DNA of 64,000 nucleotides from Octopus bimaculoides (lineage: Eukaryota). Location of the stretch: the NCBI RefSeq assembly GCF_001194135.2, contig NC_068988.1:15000369-15064368 (forward strand). Direction: 5' to 3'. Made by a program: the position numbers and the translations under genes. This document shows positions 1-13,500 of this stretch, piece after piece. Position 1 is the first letter of the stretch; each line of letters begins with the position of its first letter. A model generated the notes under the pieces. The model was not told the DNA's origin, searched no databases, and was given only the letters and a program-made list of their open reading frames with translations.

Positions 1-353
1 CATAAAAAGAAAACTTAAGAAAAGAAGATAAACATTATTTGCTTTGAAACTCCAATGACCTAAATCTGCCTAAACAACCCTTCAGCTTATCAGCTCCTGT
101 CAAACTGTCCAACCCATGCCAGCAAGGAAAACAGACGTTAAATGATGATGATGATGACAACTGTTTAAAGATGAGATACAGAAAGAGAGAGACTGACAGT
201 GATTACATAGCAATTATTTTCAAACACTTATTCAAATGACACAGTATCATCATCATCGTTTAACGTCCGCTTTCCATGCTAGCATGGGTTGGACGATTTG
301 ACTAAAAAAGTATGTAGTATGAATAAGTATTCATAAAAGCATTTAATACACAC

Positions 354-413
354 CTGGTCATATGAACACAAGTACTGAGGAGATAGCTTGAACATTGCAG
401 CAACTACAATCAG
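354..413 (-). CDS. EIF2B2: EIF2B2 exon 11 (60 nt)
   Basis: [20 protein letters not shown]. Confidence 0.9.
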
Positions 414-1922
414 CTAAAACAAAAAAAAAAAATAAATAAATAATTAAATGAAAATCAACAAATGTATTTAGACATTGAGTGAAAGTATTTTAAGAAATCT
501 GACACTAAGAAAAGAAAAGATATAATTCATTAAGTCCAAACAGCAAGACATTAGTAAACACCAAACTGGTTGAAGTTTCTATATCAAAGAAAATATGAAG
601 CGTTCCAAAGACAAAAACAGGTTAACTCTTCTACAGCAAGACACCTTATTTACATTATTTACATTCAACGGATATTTGTCCTCGTCTTGTTTGTTGTTAA
701 CACAATGTTTCGGCTGATATACACTCCAGCCTTCTTCAGGTGTCTTGGGGAAATTTCGAACCTGGGTTCTCATTCCTAAGGTATTTTTCAATGTTATTAT
801 TATCATTACTGTTCAGGTCACTGTTTGGAATTGAACTTGGAATCTTGGGGTTAGTAGCCTGTGCTCTTAACCACTATGCCATATGCCCATAAGTTACTTA
901 GTGACCTTGACAGTGCTGGTGCCACATAAAAAGCATCCAGTCCACACTGTAAAGTGGTTGGAGTTTGGAAGGGCATCCACTTGTAAAAAAATAAAAAAAG
1001 CCACGCCAAAACTGACCTCACCTGTGCTGGTGCCATTTAAAAAGTACTCAGTCCACTGTGGAGCGGAGTGGTTGGTGCTAGGAAGGGCATCCAGCCGTAA
1101 AAACCATGCCAAAACAAACAGCAAAGCACAGTGCAGTCTTCTGCCTAGGGAATTCCTTTCAAACCATCCAACCATGGAGGGTGGACATTGAATGATGGTG
1201 ATGATTTACAGGTGATTGTGATGTGAAAGCAGCTACTTTCATCATCATTATCATCATCGTTTAATGTTCGCTTTCCATGCTGGCATGGGTTGGATGGTTT
1301 GACTGAGGACGGGCAAGCCAGTAGGCTGTACCAGGCTCCAATCTGATTGTACATGCATATTTTATTTATATATATATATATATATGCTTGTAAGGTAGTG
1401 AAGCTGTTTATAACTACCTGATGATGAGAAGAAAAGGAGCCCACACGCACTAACACCCATATATATATGGGTGTGCGTGGACTCATCGTCACATCATGAG
1501 ATAATTATAGACAACCCTTACTGCCATACAAGCATATATACATATACAAACATACATACAAAAAAATAGGTATAGACAGATAGATAGGAAGATATTTAAT
1601 AAATCTAGCTCATCAATAAAATTGTGGAGGCGCAATGGCCCAGTGGTTAGGGCAGCGGACTCGCGGTCGGAGGATTGCGGTTTCGATTCCCAGACCAGGT
1701 GTTGTGAGTGTTTATTGAGTGAAAACACCTAAAGCTCCATGAGGCTCCGGCAGGGGGTGGTGACGACCCCTGTTGTACTCTTTCGCCCCAACTTTCTTTC
1801 ACTCTTTCTCCCTGTTTCTTGAGTAACACTGCGATGGACTGGTGTCCTTTCCAGCAGCGGGGGAACACATACACTATAGAAACCGGGCCCATGAGCCTGG
1901 CTAGGCTTTAAAAGGGCATGAG

Positions 1923-1954
<32 letters not shown>

Positions 1955-2548
1955 AAATTAATAAAATTGGTTATCTCTTTTGTTCCCTATTTCTGTTGAA
2001 ATACACTGCCTTTGTTTCAATTAAGTTTGAAAATAACACACAAAATTTACTAAAATAACTTTGTCACAGGCAGTGTTAATTTAGATCACTTTAAAACCGG
2101 AAGTATTTATCAAAGCACCGGGGACAGTCTCATATAGATTGATATCAAAAGGGCTAATTTATATACCATACGACATGAACATAGTTTTGTTATTCAGTAT
2201 CTCAACAAACTTGTAGAGTGTCATCTTCATGTTTCAATCTAAATTTAAGGTAAGAATAAATATATCACTCACTGGTACAGAATGATACTTGGCAGCTAGA
2301 GCAATACTGTGACTTCCTTGAACTGCTTTCAGCCTACAATAGAAATAGCACAATGTTATGACTCACTATCTGAGATAAATCGTTGCTATTAAAATTCAAA
2401 ATTTCAGGATTGTTAATAGGTGCTGGCATGGCTGTGTGGTAAAGGTTCAGTACCACTACTTGGTACCGTCATCAAGAGTCTTCTACTATAGCCCTAGATC
2501 AACCAGGGCTTTGTGAGTGGATTTGGTAGAAGTCTGCTATATACATAC

Positions 2549-2589
<41 letters not shown>

Positions 2590-2811
2590 NNNNNNNNNNN
2601 NNNNNNNNNNNNNNNNNNNNNNNNNNNNNNNNNNNNNNNNNNNNNNNNNNNNNNNNNNNNNNNNNNNNNNNNNNNNNNNNNNNNNNNNNNNNNNNNNNNN
2701 NNNNNNNNNNNNNNNNNNNNNNNNNNNNNNNNNNNNNNNNNNNNNNNNNNNNNNNNNNNNNNNNNNNNNNNNNNNNNNNNNNNNNNNNNNNNNNNNNNNN
2801 NNNNNNNNNNN

Positions 2812-2843
<32 letters not shown>

Positions 2844-5038
2844 ATGGTCTCTTTCTCCAAGTGAAGGGAAGATTGTATTATGCATGTGCACAAACTTCGA
2901 TGCTACATGGTAGTGAAACATGGGCCCTGAATGCAGAGGACATGCCAAGGCTAGAGAGGAACGAAGCTGGTATGCTCCACTGGATGTGCAATATCAGTGC
3001 GCATGTGTGATAGAGCACTGGTGTATTGAGAGAGAAGTTGGCCATAAGGGGAGTTATATGCAGTGTGCAAGAGAGGAGATTGCACTGGTTTGGTCATGTG
3101 ATGCAGATGGATGAGGAGAGGTATATAAAGAAATGCTGATCACTTAAAGTGGAGGGAAGTTGTGGAAGAGGGAAACCCAGGAAGACATGGGACAAAGTAC
3201 TGAAGGACGATCTCAAAATGCTGAACCTTACAAAGGAGATGATGGAGGAACAAGATATGTGGAGTATTGTAACCACTTTTTTGGTTCCCTTCTCAGCTGA
3301 GAGTCCTTTGTCTTGCAACCTACTTGGTCACTCTGCTGATGTACATTAAAAGTTCCCATGCTGGTACCACATAAAAAGCACTCAGTAAACTCTGTAAAGT
3401 GGTTGGCATTAAGAAGGGCATCCAGTTGTAGAAACCACACCTAAACAGACAATTGGGGCCTGGTGCAGCCCTCCAGCTGGCCAGCTCCAGTCAAACCATC
3501 CAACCCATGCCAGCATGGAAAGCAGACATTAAATGATGATGATGATGATGTTTCTGCACAGTTTCCATTTACTGAATTTAAGTCACAAGGCATTGGTCAA
3601 CCCAACGTTATATTAGAACATACCTAAAGCGTCACACGGTGGGATTGAACCTAGAAGCACATGGTTTCAAAGCAAATGTCTTAACCACACAACCAAGTCT
3701 TTTATGTCTATTCAGCATAAACTGTTTCTGGCTCAAGATTTGAATCACTTATTATAGCCATCAATGTTGTTGTTGTCACTATTGTAAAAGTTACTAGCTA
3801 ACTTAATGTTAGACATGTGACCATTACTGCCCAACCACTAAGGAAATTGTTAAATATGATGGATAAATAATCTGAAGTGTTTATCTAATTATATGTTAAG
3901 CACTTATAATTTATTGCTTACACACTCATTTTTTTTTTTTTTTCATACACTATTACACTGAGGACATCACAAATGCATATCTAAATAGTATTTGTATAAC
4001 AAATTTAAGACTTTCTAAATATTATACAAAAGCAACACTTCAGATGTTAGAAACTTCCAGAGATATGAAGTTAATGGTGGAACTTGAAATAAATAAAGCT
4101 GTAAGTAATACCGTGATGCTACTATTTAGAGATTTATTTCAGGTTCTATCTGAAAATGATTTACAAAGAGTAATCTATACTTAATTTGTGTTCATAATCA
4201 TTGTGTATAATCCACACTTTATGTTAATAATAACGAAGGCATGCGGCTTAGTGGTTAGGGGTATTCAGATTACAATCATAAAGTCGTGAGTTCAATCCTT
4301 GGCGGTGTGTTGTGTTTTTGAGTGAGACACTTTATTTCATGTTGCTCCAGGCCCATCAGTTATCAAAATTACACAACACTCTCACCTATATGTGAAACAT
4401 CATCATTTTAGATCCACTTTCCACACCAGCATGGATTGTTCTGGTCTGAGTCGGATTTTATTCAGAGTTACTGCTTTCCCAGATAAGTCAGAAGACCACA
4501 TCGCATTCACACATTTCCTTTCCTTTTTAATTTGGTTCCTATGGCTGAATACCTTTCCAAACATCAACCACTTTACAATATCCACTGGCTACACTTTTTT
4601 CATGGCACTAGTACAAGAGAGGTACTGTCATGTCACTGGAAACTACTAAAGGGTTTCTCAATCCTACACTTTACAGAGTGTACAGGGTACATTTTACCGC
4701 AGCACCAGGAAAAAACATACACACATACAGATACCAGTGTAAAAATGTCCAGCGTTCATTGTATATATATGTATATACATATATATATGTATATACATAT
4801 ATATATGTATATACATATATATATGTATATATATATTTATATAAGGGCATTACTATATAATAACGCCTCATGCCATGAGGGACTCTAAGGTCAGACTACT
4901 ATAAAAAAACACATTTTTACCAAATGCGAGGAAATGCAACTTTCGGGAATAAATGATGAATTTTTCCCTTATGAGGTTTTTTTCACGCTAGCTACTTGAT
5001 AAATTCTTGTAAAAGAATTCGTCCTATTATTGAATTTA

Positions 5039-5131
<93 letters not shown>

Positions 5132-8100
5132 TGGTTATATGGTTAAGAGGTTTGCTCCAAGCTACTTGTTTCAAGTTCAGTCTCACTGTGTGGCACCTTG
5201 GCCAAATGACCCCTACTATAGGCACAAGCCAACTGAAGCCTTGCCAGTGGATTTCGTAGATGAAAAGAAAGAAGCTTGTCGTGTGTGTGTGTGTGTGTGC
5301 ATGTTTGTGTCTCCTTGTCTTGGTATCACCCAATAGTTGTAAATGAGTGTCACTGTTATGAAAGCAGTGTCATTCATTTCCAATATTCTGACCATAAGGA
5401 AATATTCCCTTGCTTGGAAACAGATGAGGAATGTCAACATGAGCATCTGGCCATAGAAAATCTATCTCTATAAATTCTATCTGTAAGCATGAAAAAGGAG
5501 CAGGAGTGGCGGTGTGGTAAGTAGCTTGCTTACCAACCACATGGTTCCGGGTTCATTCCCACTGCGTGGCATCTTGGGCAAGTGTCTTCTACTATAGCCT
5601 CGGTCTGACCAAAGCCTTGTGAGTGGATTTGGTAGACAGAAACTGAAAGAAGCCTGTCGTATATATGTATATATATATGTATGTATGTGTGTGTGTGTGT
5701 GTGTATATGTTTGTGTGTCTGTGTTTGTCCCCCCAACATCGCTTGACAGCTGATGCTGGTGTGTTTACGTGCCCGTAACTTAGCGGTTCGGCAAAAGGGA
5801 CCGATAGAATAAGTACTAGGCTTACAAAGAATAAGTCCTGGGATCGATTTGCTCGACTAAAGGCGGTGCTCCAGCATGGCCGCAGTCAAATGACTGAAAC
5901 AAGTAAAAGAGTATAAAAGAGTATTAAAATAATGATGATCATCATCATTATTTTACTATGGCCAGGTACCAACCCAGGCCACAGCAACAAAGTCTACCCG
6001 CTACACTTCTCAGTCCATCATCACTGTCTCAAGGTCCAGGATACACTCCAGGCCAGCGTCTGCAATCAAGTTGTTGATGTAAGTGTAACAACATCTTCCT
6101 CATCTTACATCACCATGAACTGGGTTCCACAAGACTAATTTGGATGCTTCCAGTTCAGGGAGGCATATGAAGTGACCAGACAGTTGCAGTCATCTTTGCC
6201 TGATCTTCTCACTAACTTTCAGCAGGTCTCCATAAAGGCATTCATTTGTCATATGTTGCTGCCATTTCACATTTAGGGCCATTTGTAGCATCCTTGTGTA
6301 GCATCCATTTAGCACATTTGATCATTTCTTTGTCAGTGAACTGCCATATAATAGCACTGATTTGACAGTTCATCATCATGACAGATGATCATCATCATCA
6401 TGACTCCACTATAAACACTATGAAAGAAAAAGTAAGACAGAAGGAAAGGACAGTATATACTAACCCTCCGTTTGCTAGTACTGTATGAGTTCCAATAATT
6501 ACTTTGTTCACCCGAGACATCATAGCAAACACAGCAGAATCAGTGATCAACGTAGTTTCTATGTTGCTGGCAGCCAAACTCTTGGCCATTTTCTGACCCT
6601 GTTGAAAATTTAAAAGAAAAAAAAACATTTTTTTAAATATCAAATTTCATTAGGAAATCTTCAGAAAATAAAAATGACAATCTTACCAGAAGTATTTTAT
6701 AGAAAGTTCACGAAAGACTATACTGTTATACTGATAATGATTTCAATGTCAGAGTGTAATTTAGTTATGATACAGCATATGACTGAATAATTAAACACTA
6801 ATGCTAGAAATTATAAACAACTTACATGGAAAAACGGTGCTCCTTCAGTTACCATGACCTGGAATTTTCGTTTCCGAGCTGCACTCTAGTGGAAAAAAAC
6901 ACAAAAAAACAAATACAAGTATATCAGATGGTAAAGGACTGTAAAAAATAGTCAGATACTATACTAGAAGAGACACGTCTATTCCATGTCAGTATGTAAG
7001 AATGAATATAAATGAAGAGTATGGCACATAAAAGACACCATTTTCGAGTGTGGCCGTTGCCAGTACCGCCTGACTGGCCTTCGTGCGGGTGACACGTAAA
7101 AGCACCCACTACACTCTCTGAGTGGTTGGCGTTAGGAAGGGCATCCAGCTGTAGAAACTCTGCCAAATTAGATTGGAGCCTGGTGTTGCCATCCGGTTTC
7201 ACCAGTCCTCAGTCAAATCGTCCAACCCATGCTAGCATGGAAAGCGGACGTTAAACGATGATGATGATGACTTCTATGGTGATAGTAAATAAGTAAACAA
7301 AACATTCCGGAAGGTAATTATATAAATACCATTATCATAGGCAGAGGTGTGACTGTGTAGTAAAATGCTTGCTTCCCAACCACATGGTTCTGGGTTCAGT
7401 CCCACTATATGGCACCTTGGGCAAGTGTGTTCTAATTATAGCCTCAGGTCAACCAAAGCCTTGTGAATGGATTTGGTAGACAGAAACTGAAAGAAGCCCA
7501 TCGTATGTATATACACATGCATGTGTATTCTTTGTCTGTTCCCCACCACTGCTTGACAACTAGTGTTGGTGTGTCTATGTCCCCATAACTTAGCAATTTG
7601 GCAAAGAGATCAATAGAATAAGTACCAAGCTTAAAAAAAATAATAAAAAGTATTGGTGTCGATTGATTCGATTAAAAATTCTTCACAGTGGTACCCCAGC
7701 ATGGTTGCAGTCAAATGACTGAAACAAGTAAAAGAGAAAAATATTGGAACAAAACAACCTTGCTTCCATTATGATGTCCCTCATTTACGACTATCATGGA
7801 ATATCTAGATAAAGTTACAAACAAATACATACATATATATAGGCTGAGTTCCTTTCGAGTGTTGGGCCTGACAGAGGCAATGACCAAGACACCTTTGGCA
7901 TTATGTTGTGCTTGAAAAGAAGACCCATCAAGCTGAGTAAAATTGCAGTCGTGGCAGATACTGGTGTCATGGAAATTGGCACCTGTGCTGTAAATCAAAT
8001 CCACACTCATGAGCCTCTAGTTGGCTTGGGGCTAAAGTAAAAGACAAGTGCTCCAGGTTCCATGTAGTGGAACTGAACCCAAGACCACGAGTTTCTTAAC

Positions 8101-10476
8101 CACATAGCTATACTTACATTATTATAAATACCTTTATCTTGTATCTCTTATTTTTTTATCTTTAATTGTTTCAGTCATTAGACAGCGGCCATGCTGGGGC
8201 ACCGCTTTGGAGAATATTAGCTGAACAAATCAACCCATGTACTTATTTTTTTTGTAATTCCACCTTGGTAATTATTCTATTGGTTACTTTTGCTGAACCA
8301 CTAAGTTACAGGAATGCAAACACCCCACTAGTTGCCAAGCGATGGTGGGGGACAGACACACTCATAGATAGAGATATATATATGATGATGATATAGGATA
8401 GGCTTCTTTCAGTTTCTGTCTACCAAATCCACTCACAGGGTTTTGGTCAGCCCAAGGCTCTAGCAGAAAACACTTGCCCAAGACACCATACAGTGGGACT
8501 GAACCTAGAACCATGTGGTTGGGAAGCAAACTTCTTACTACTCAGCTACACATGCAATGATAAATATTGTTATTTTTTGTCTTAAGACTGAAGCGTCATT
8601 GTGGCAATGATTTTAACACACACACACACACACACACACACAACAACTTTGAAGTCTTTTTCATTATTCATCCACAACCTGGCTGAAGACTCTTGCTTTT
8701 TGTCTGCATATGAGGACTTTATTCTCAAAAATAATCACATCCGTTCCAATATACAGATTATTAAGTTTCTATCATCGTATCTCTGGTAAAATATATGACT
8801 GAATTTTCTCACTACAGTTAAACAATGAAGCTTAAAGTATCTAGACACAGATGAAAGCATCAAGAGTTGTAGTCTCTACATGTTTTTAGAAGTGCATTGA
8901 CAATACAAATGAAATGAGACAACTACTTAATATGTAAACTAAGTCATAAGCTTCACTCAACAAGAGCTCACTTTTAAGTATACAGCACTCACTAATAATG
9001 ATTCAGAAAATATTTTGGGTCAATTACTGAGATCAGTTTCAATGGGATTAGTTAAAAAAAAAGTTTATGAAGAACACCAGGCACTTATTGAAAACAATGT
9101 AGGTTACCTGCAATATCAGTATCATTGTGGGTGTTTGTGTGGTAAGTAGCTTGCTTACCAACCACATGGTTCCGGGTTCAGTCCCACTGCGTGGCACCTT
9201 GGGCAAGTGTCTTCTACTATAGCCTCGGGCCGACCAAAGCCTTGTGAGTGGATTTGGTAGACGGAAACTGAAGGAAGTCCGTCGTATATATGTATTTATA
9301 TATATATATATATATATAGTTAAAAAAAAACAAAAAAACAACAAAGTGAGGACGTGATATGGTTAGTATTATTGGACGCTCAGGAAAGGAAAGAGAGAGT
9401 GTATGACGTTTCGGGCGTAGCCCTTCGTCGGAAAGATGGAAAGTTCGGAGAATGGAAGAACGGAGAAAGAGGAAAATGGTACCGATGCCCACAAGGTTAC
9501 ATTATATATATATATGTGTGTGTGTGTTTTTGTTTGTCCCTCCACCATTGCTTGACATCCGATGCTGGTGTATTTACGTCCCCGTAACTTTGCGGTTCGG
9601 CAAAAGGGACCGATAGAATAAGTACTAGGCTTACAAAGAATAAGTCCTGGGGTCGATTTGCTCAACTAAAGGCGGTGCTCCAGCATGGCCGCAGCCAAAT
9701 GATTGAAACAAGTAATAGAGTAAAAGAGTACAGAAGCCCTTAAAATGATATCATTTATCTTTATCTTTTACTTGTTTCAGTCATTAGAGTGCGGCCATGC
9801 TGGGGCACCACATTGGAGGGTTTAGTTGACCAAATCAACCCTAAGTACTTTTTGTTAAGTGTAGTACTTATTCTACCATGTCCTTTTGTCAAACTGCTAA
9901 GTTACGGGGACGTAAACAAACCAACACCAATTGTCAGTGGTCGGGGACAAACACCAAGACGCACATGCACACACACCACAGACTTCTTTCAGTTTTTATC
10001 TTCCAAATTCACTCACAAGGCGTTGGTTGGCCTGGGGCTATAGTAGAAAAATGCGGTGCCCCAGCATGGCCGCAGTCAAACGACTGAAAAGAGTAAAAGA
10101 ATAAAAGAATATATATTCTGGGCAGGGGGACAGCTACAATAACTTGCTTTTATTCTTTTGCTGGTTTCAGTCTTTGGATTGCGACCATTCTGGGGCATCA
10201 GCTTTGATTACACCAGATCAGTACTTAATTTATTGGTTTTGAAAGGATGACGTGAAAAGACATTCGAGCGAGATCGTTGCCAGTGCCGATGGACTGGCTC
10301 CTGTGCAGGTGGCATGTAAAAGCACCCACTACAATCTCGAAGTGGTTGGCATTAGGAAGGGCATCCAGCTGTAGAAACTCTGCCAAATCAGATTGGAGCC
10401 TGGTGTAGCCACCTGGTTTCACCAGTCCTCAGTCAAATCGTCCAACCCATGCTAGCATGGAAAGCGGACGTTAAAC

Positions 10477-10510
<34 letters not shown>

Positions 10511-13500
10511 TATATGATGAGCTTCTTTTAGTTTCTGTCTACCAAATCAACTCAAAAGCTGTGGTTGGTCTGGGGCTATAGTAGAAAACACTTACTCAAG
10601 GTGCCACATGGTGGGACTGAGCCCAAAACGACATGGCTAGGAGGCAAGCTTCTTAACCACACAGCCATGACTGTACCTCACAGCCACACTAAACTGAAAT
10701 GTGCTGAAGAGGATTCATTGAATGTACCATATTAATTTTTGTAAAAGACAAGGCACAAGGCACCTTTATAAGAGAGGTGAGAACACATTAACCACTTAAC
10801 CATTGAAACTTTCTTTACAAGTTTTAGGGAGAAAGAAAACAAAGATAGATAACAAAGAAAAAGGGTGATGATGACGATGATAACGATGATGAGGAGAATG
10901 GTGATGAAAGAATAAAAGTGAACTAATTTCAAAATTCACCTTAAGAAATGCTTCGACAGATTTGGACCAGCCTGATGTCATGATTATTTCTTTGGCATGA
11001 ATATGCTCTAGTGCTTGTGATTCGATGTTTGGTATGCTGAAATTATACAAAATCATTTAGCATCATTATTATTTTCATGGTCTACATTGTTATGCTTGCA
11101 TGGGATCAGATGGACTTTGTTAAGGCAGATTTTCTACAACCAGATGCTTTTCCTGTCACCAACCTTCATCTGTTTCCAAGCAAAGAAATATTCCCCACGG
11201 TCAGACATGCTTCATGGAAGACTGGAAACAAAGGATACCATTTATCTGACAGTGTTACTCATTTACATCTATCAGGCAGTATCAAAATAAGGAGACAGTA
11301 AGACACACACACACACTGAGCTCCATTCAGTTTCCATTTACCAAAAACCATTTGCCTATAGTTCCACACAGAGGAGCTGAAACCATGTTGATTGGGCTGG
11401 CACACTAGAAGGCTGCGCCAGGCTCCAGTCTGGTTTTGCATGGTTCTCTATGGCAGGATGCCCTTTCTAATGCCAACTACTCTGATATTTTGGTATAGGT
11501 GAGTGAGCATTCAGCTTGTTCAGGTGACAACAGATTTTGGCACAGGAAGTAAACACAAACATACACACAGGTCCACTTGGAAATATATATACATATACAG
11601 AGGGAATGAAAGAAAGAGATGGTAAGAGGGGGAGAGATACATAACACATACATACAAACATAACTAGGTGCTCACAGAGTAAGAAAAACAACAAAGTCAG
11701 CAATAAATCAACCAAATAGGTGGCGCCAAAATAGCTGGGACCAAAATATCTCACACCCCAAATATCATTACTTAATAGATGGAAATGTGGGAAGAATCAC
11801 AAAAAAATATTATCTGAAAGCAAACTGACTTACCATGTCTCCAATTCAGATTTTATTTCAGAAATGGCTTCAATGATAATTGCCTGTATTATACAAATAT
11901 TTCAAATAATAAGAATATAGAGATTGTGAAAAGAAAAAAGGAAGAAGCTTCATTGAACTATCAAATATTAAGCAAAGAAGGTGGAAAATGAACAATAGAC
12001 TCAAGGGTACAATAGACTAACATTTGAAGTGTCACATGTAATAGAAAGTACAGAAAAACTGTTGAGTTTCCTTATCTATTTAAAAGATATAGATTTTAAT
12101 ATAATCAGCTTCTAAGGTCAAGGTGCCTGGCCTTGTGGTTAGGTTTTTGGACTCATGATAAGATCATAGGTTCATTTCCTGGATTGTTGCATCCCTGGAC
12201 ACGTTACATTATTTCACAATGCTTCAGTCCACTCAAATAAAAATGAGTTGCATCAACGACAGAGCAGCACTTCATAGACTTGTAAATGCAAGATGTCACC
12301 AGCCCTTGATGGCTCCAGCACACTGGACAACGATAGTACTATTGCAAATATGAATACCAGTAGAGACAACACAGAGTTCTAATTCTGCTGTTAAGATTGA
12401 TTTTGCTTTTGAGATTGACTGATTTTATTGATCAGTTCCCCTTCTCAGAGGAGAGAAGCTGAGAAATAAATGACAATGAAATAAAACAAACAAAATGCAC
12501 TCCTCCAATTCATCTTGGTGAGCAGCACTCTCAAATATGTGCTGACTCCAGCTGTGGCAGTCCATTCAGCTTGTTGCTTACTTGCTAATGTATATATGCT
12601 TTTATTCTTTTGCTGGTTTCAGTCTTTGGACTGCGGCCATGCTGGGTCACTAGCTTTGATTACACCAACCTGGTACTTAATTTAATGATTTTGAAAGGAT
12701 AAAAGGCAAATTGAAACAAGGCCAGTACAAATCTGTCAAAGCATTTCTTAAGGTAAATTTTGAAATTATTTCACTTTTCCTCTTCAATCCCCTTAACCCC
12801 TCCTCTTCATCGCCATCATCCTCCTCCTTTCTTCTTTGTTATCTATGTTTTGTTTCTCACTAAAATGTTAAACAATGATGATGATGAGGATGAATATACC
12901 TAAAAGATCAAGTAAACAACATTCCTATCCATTAAGAAACTGGTTATGTCCTTAAAGACGAAACTAATATTTCAGATGTTACAAATAACAGGGACTTCAC
13001 TCTTGAAGTGTACTAATAGTGGAGCACTGCTAAAGTGGCTTCTACCACTATAAAAATGCATTCAGTACATTCTGTGTAATTGTTGGCAAATGAGTGGAGA
13101 TAAAATATAGCTGAGTGTTCTTTTGTCTTGCCAAACACACAACAACCTCTTTAGAGTTAGCTACAATAAAATGAACCTGGTACACTCTGTAAGATGGTTA
13201 GTGATAAGATGGTATCAGCAGTAGAAACCATGTCAAAAATGGAATATATTAGGTTGTCAGAAAAATTCTTCATTTATCTTGGGGGTTTTTTTTCAATTAT
13301 TTTAAGAAATTAGTCAATAATATATTCTCCTTTATTGTTCCCAACTTCTAACCAACATTCCACTTGTTTGTCAAAGCCATCACTGATATTTTTTTAATTG
13401 TTGAAGAAAAATAGATTAAAATAAATACAAAAAAATCAAAGGCAGGTTAACTAGCAAGTTAGTTTTTGTTTGTGGCAGATGTTCAGGTGCAATAAAGACT

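Noticed and set aside
1625-1700. tRNA-like sequences (also heads at 815-889, 34020-34091, 57412-57480)
   Set aside because: They have A/B boxes but no complete acceptor stem and continue into repeat bodies, so they are SINE heads rather than tRNA genes.
2494-2948. Long ORFs through N runs and (TA)n (also 13569-14489, 21347-22146, 22907-23535, 42783-43489, 49867-50217)
   Set aside because: Artefacts of gaps and microsatellites lacking stop codons.
4760-4835. 18-bp periodic repeat encoding YMYIHI
   Set aside because: Compound (TA)n-derived minisatellite; not coding and not CRISPR (no spacers).
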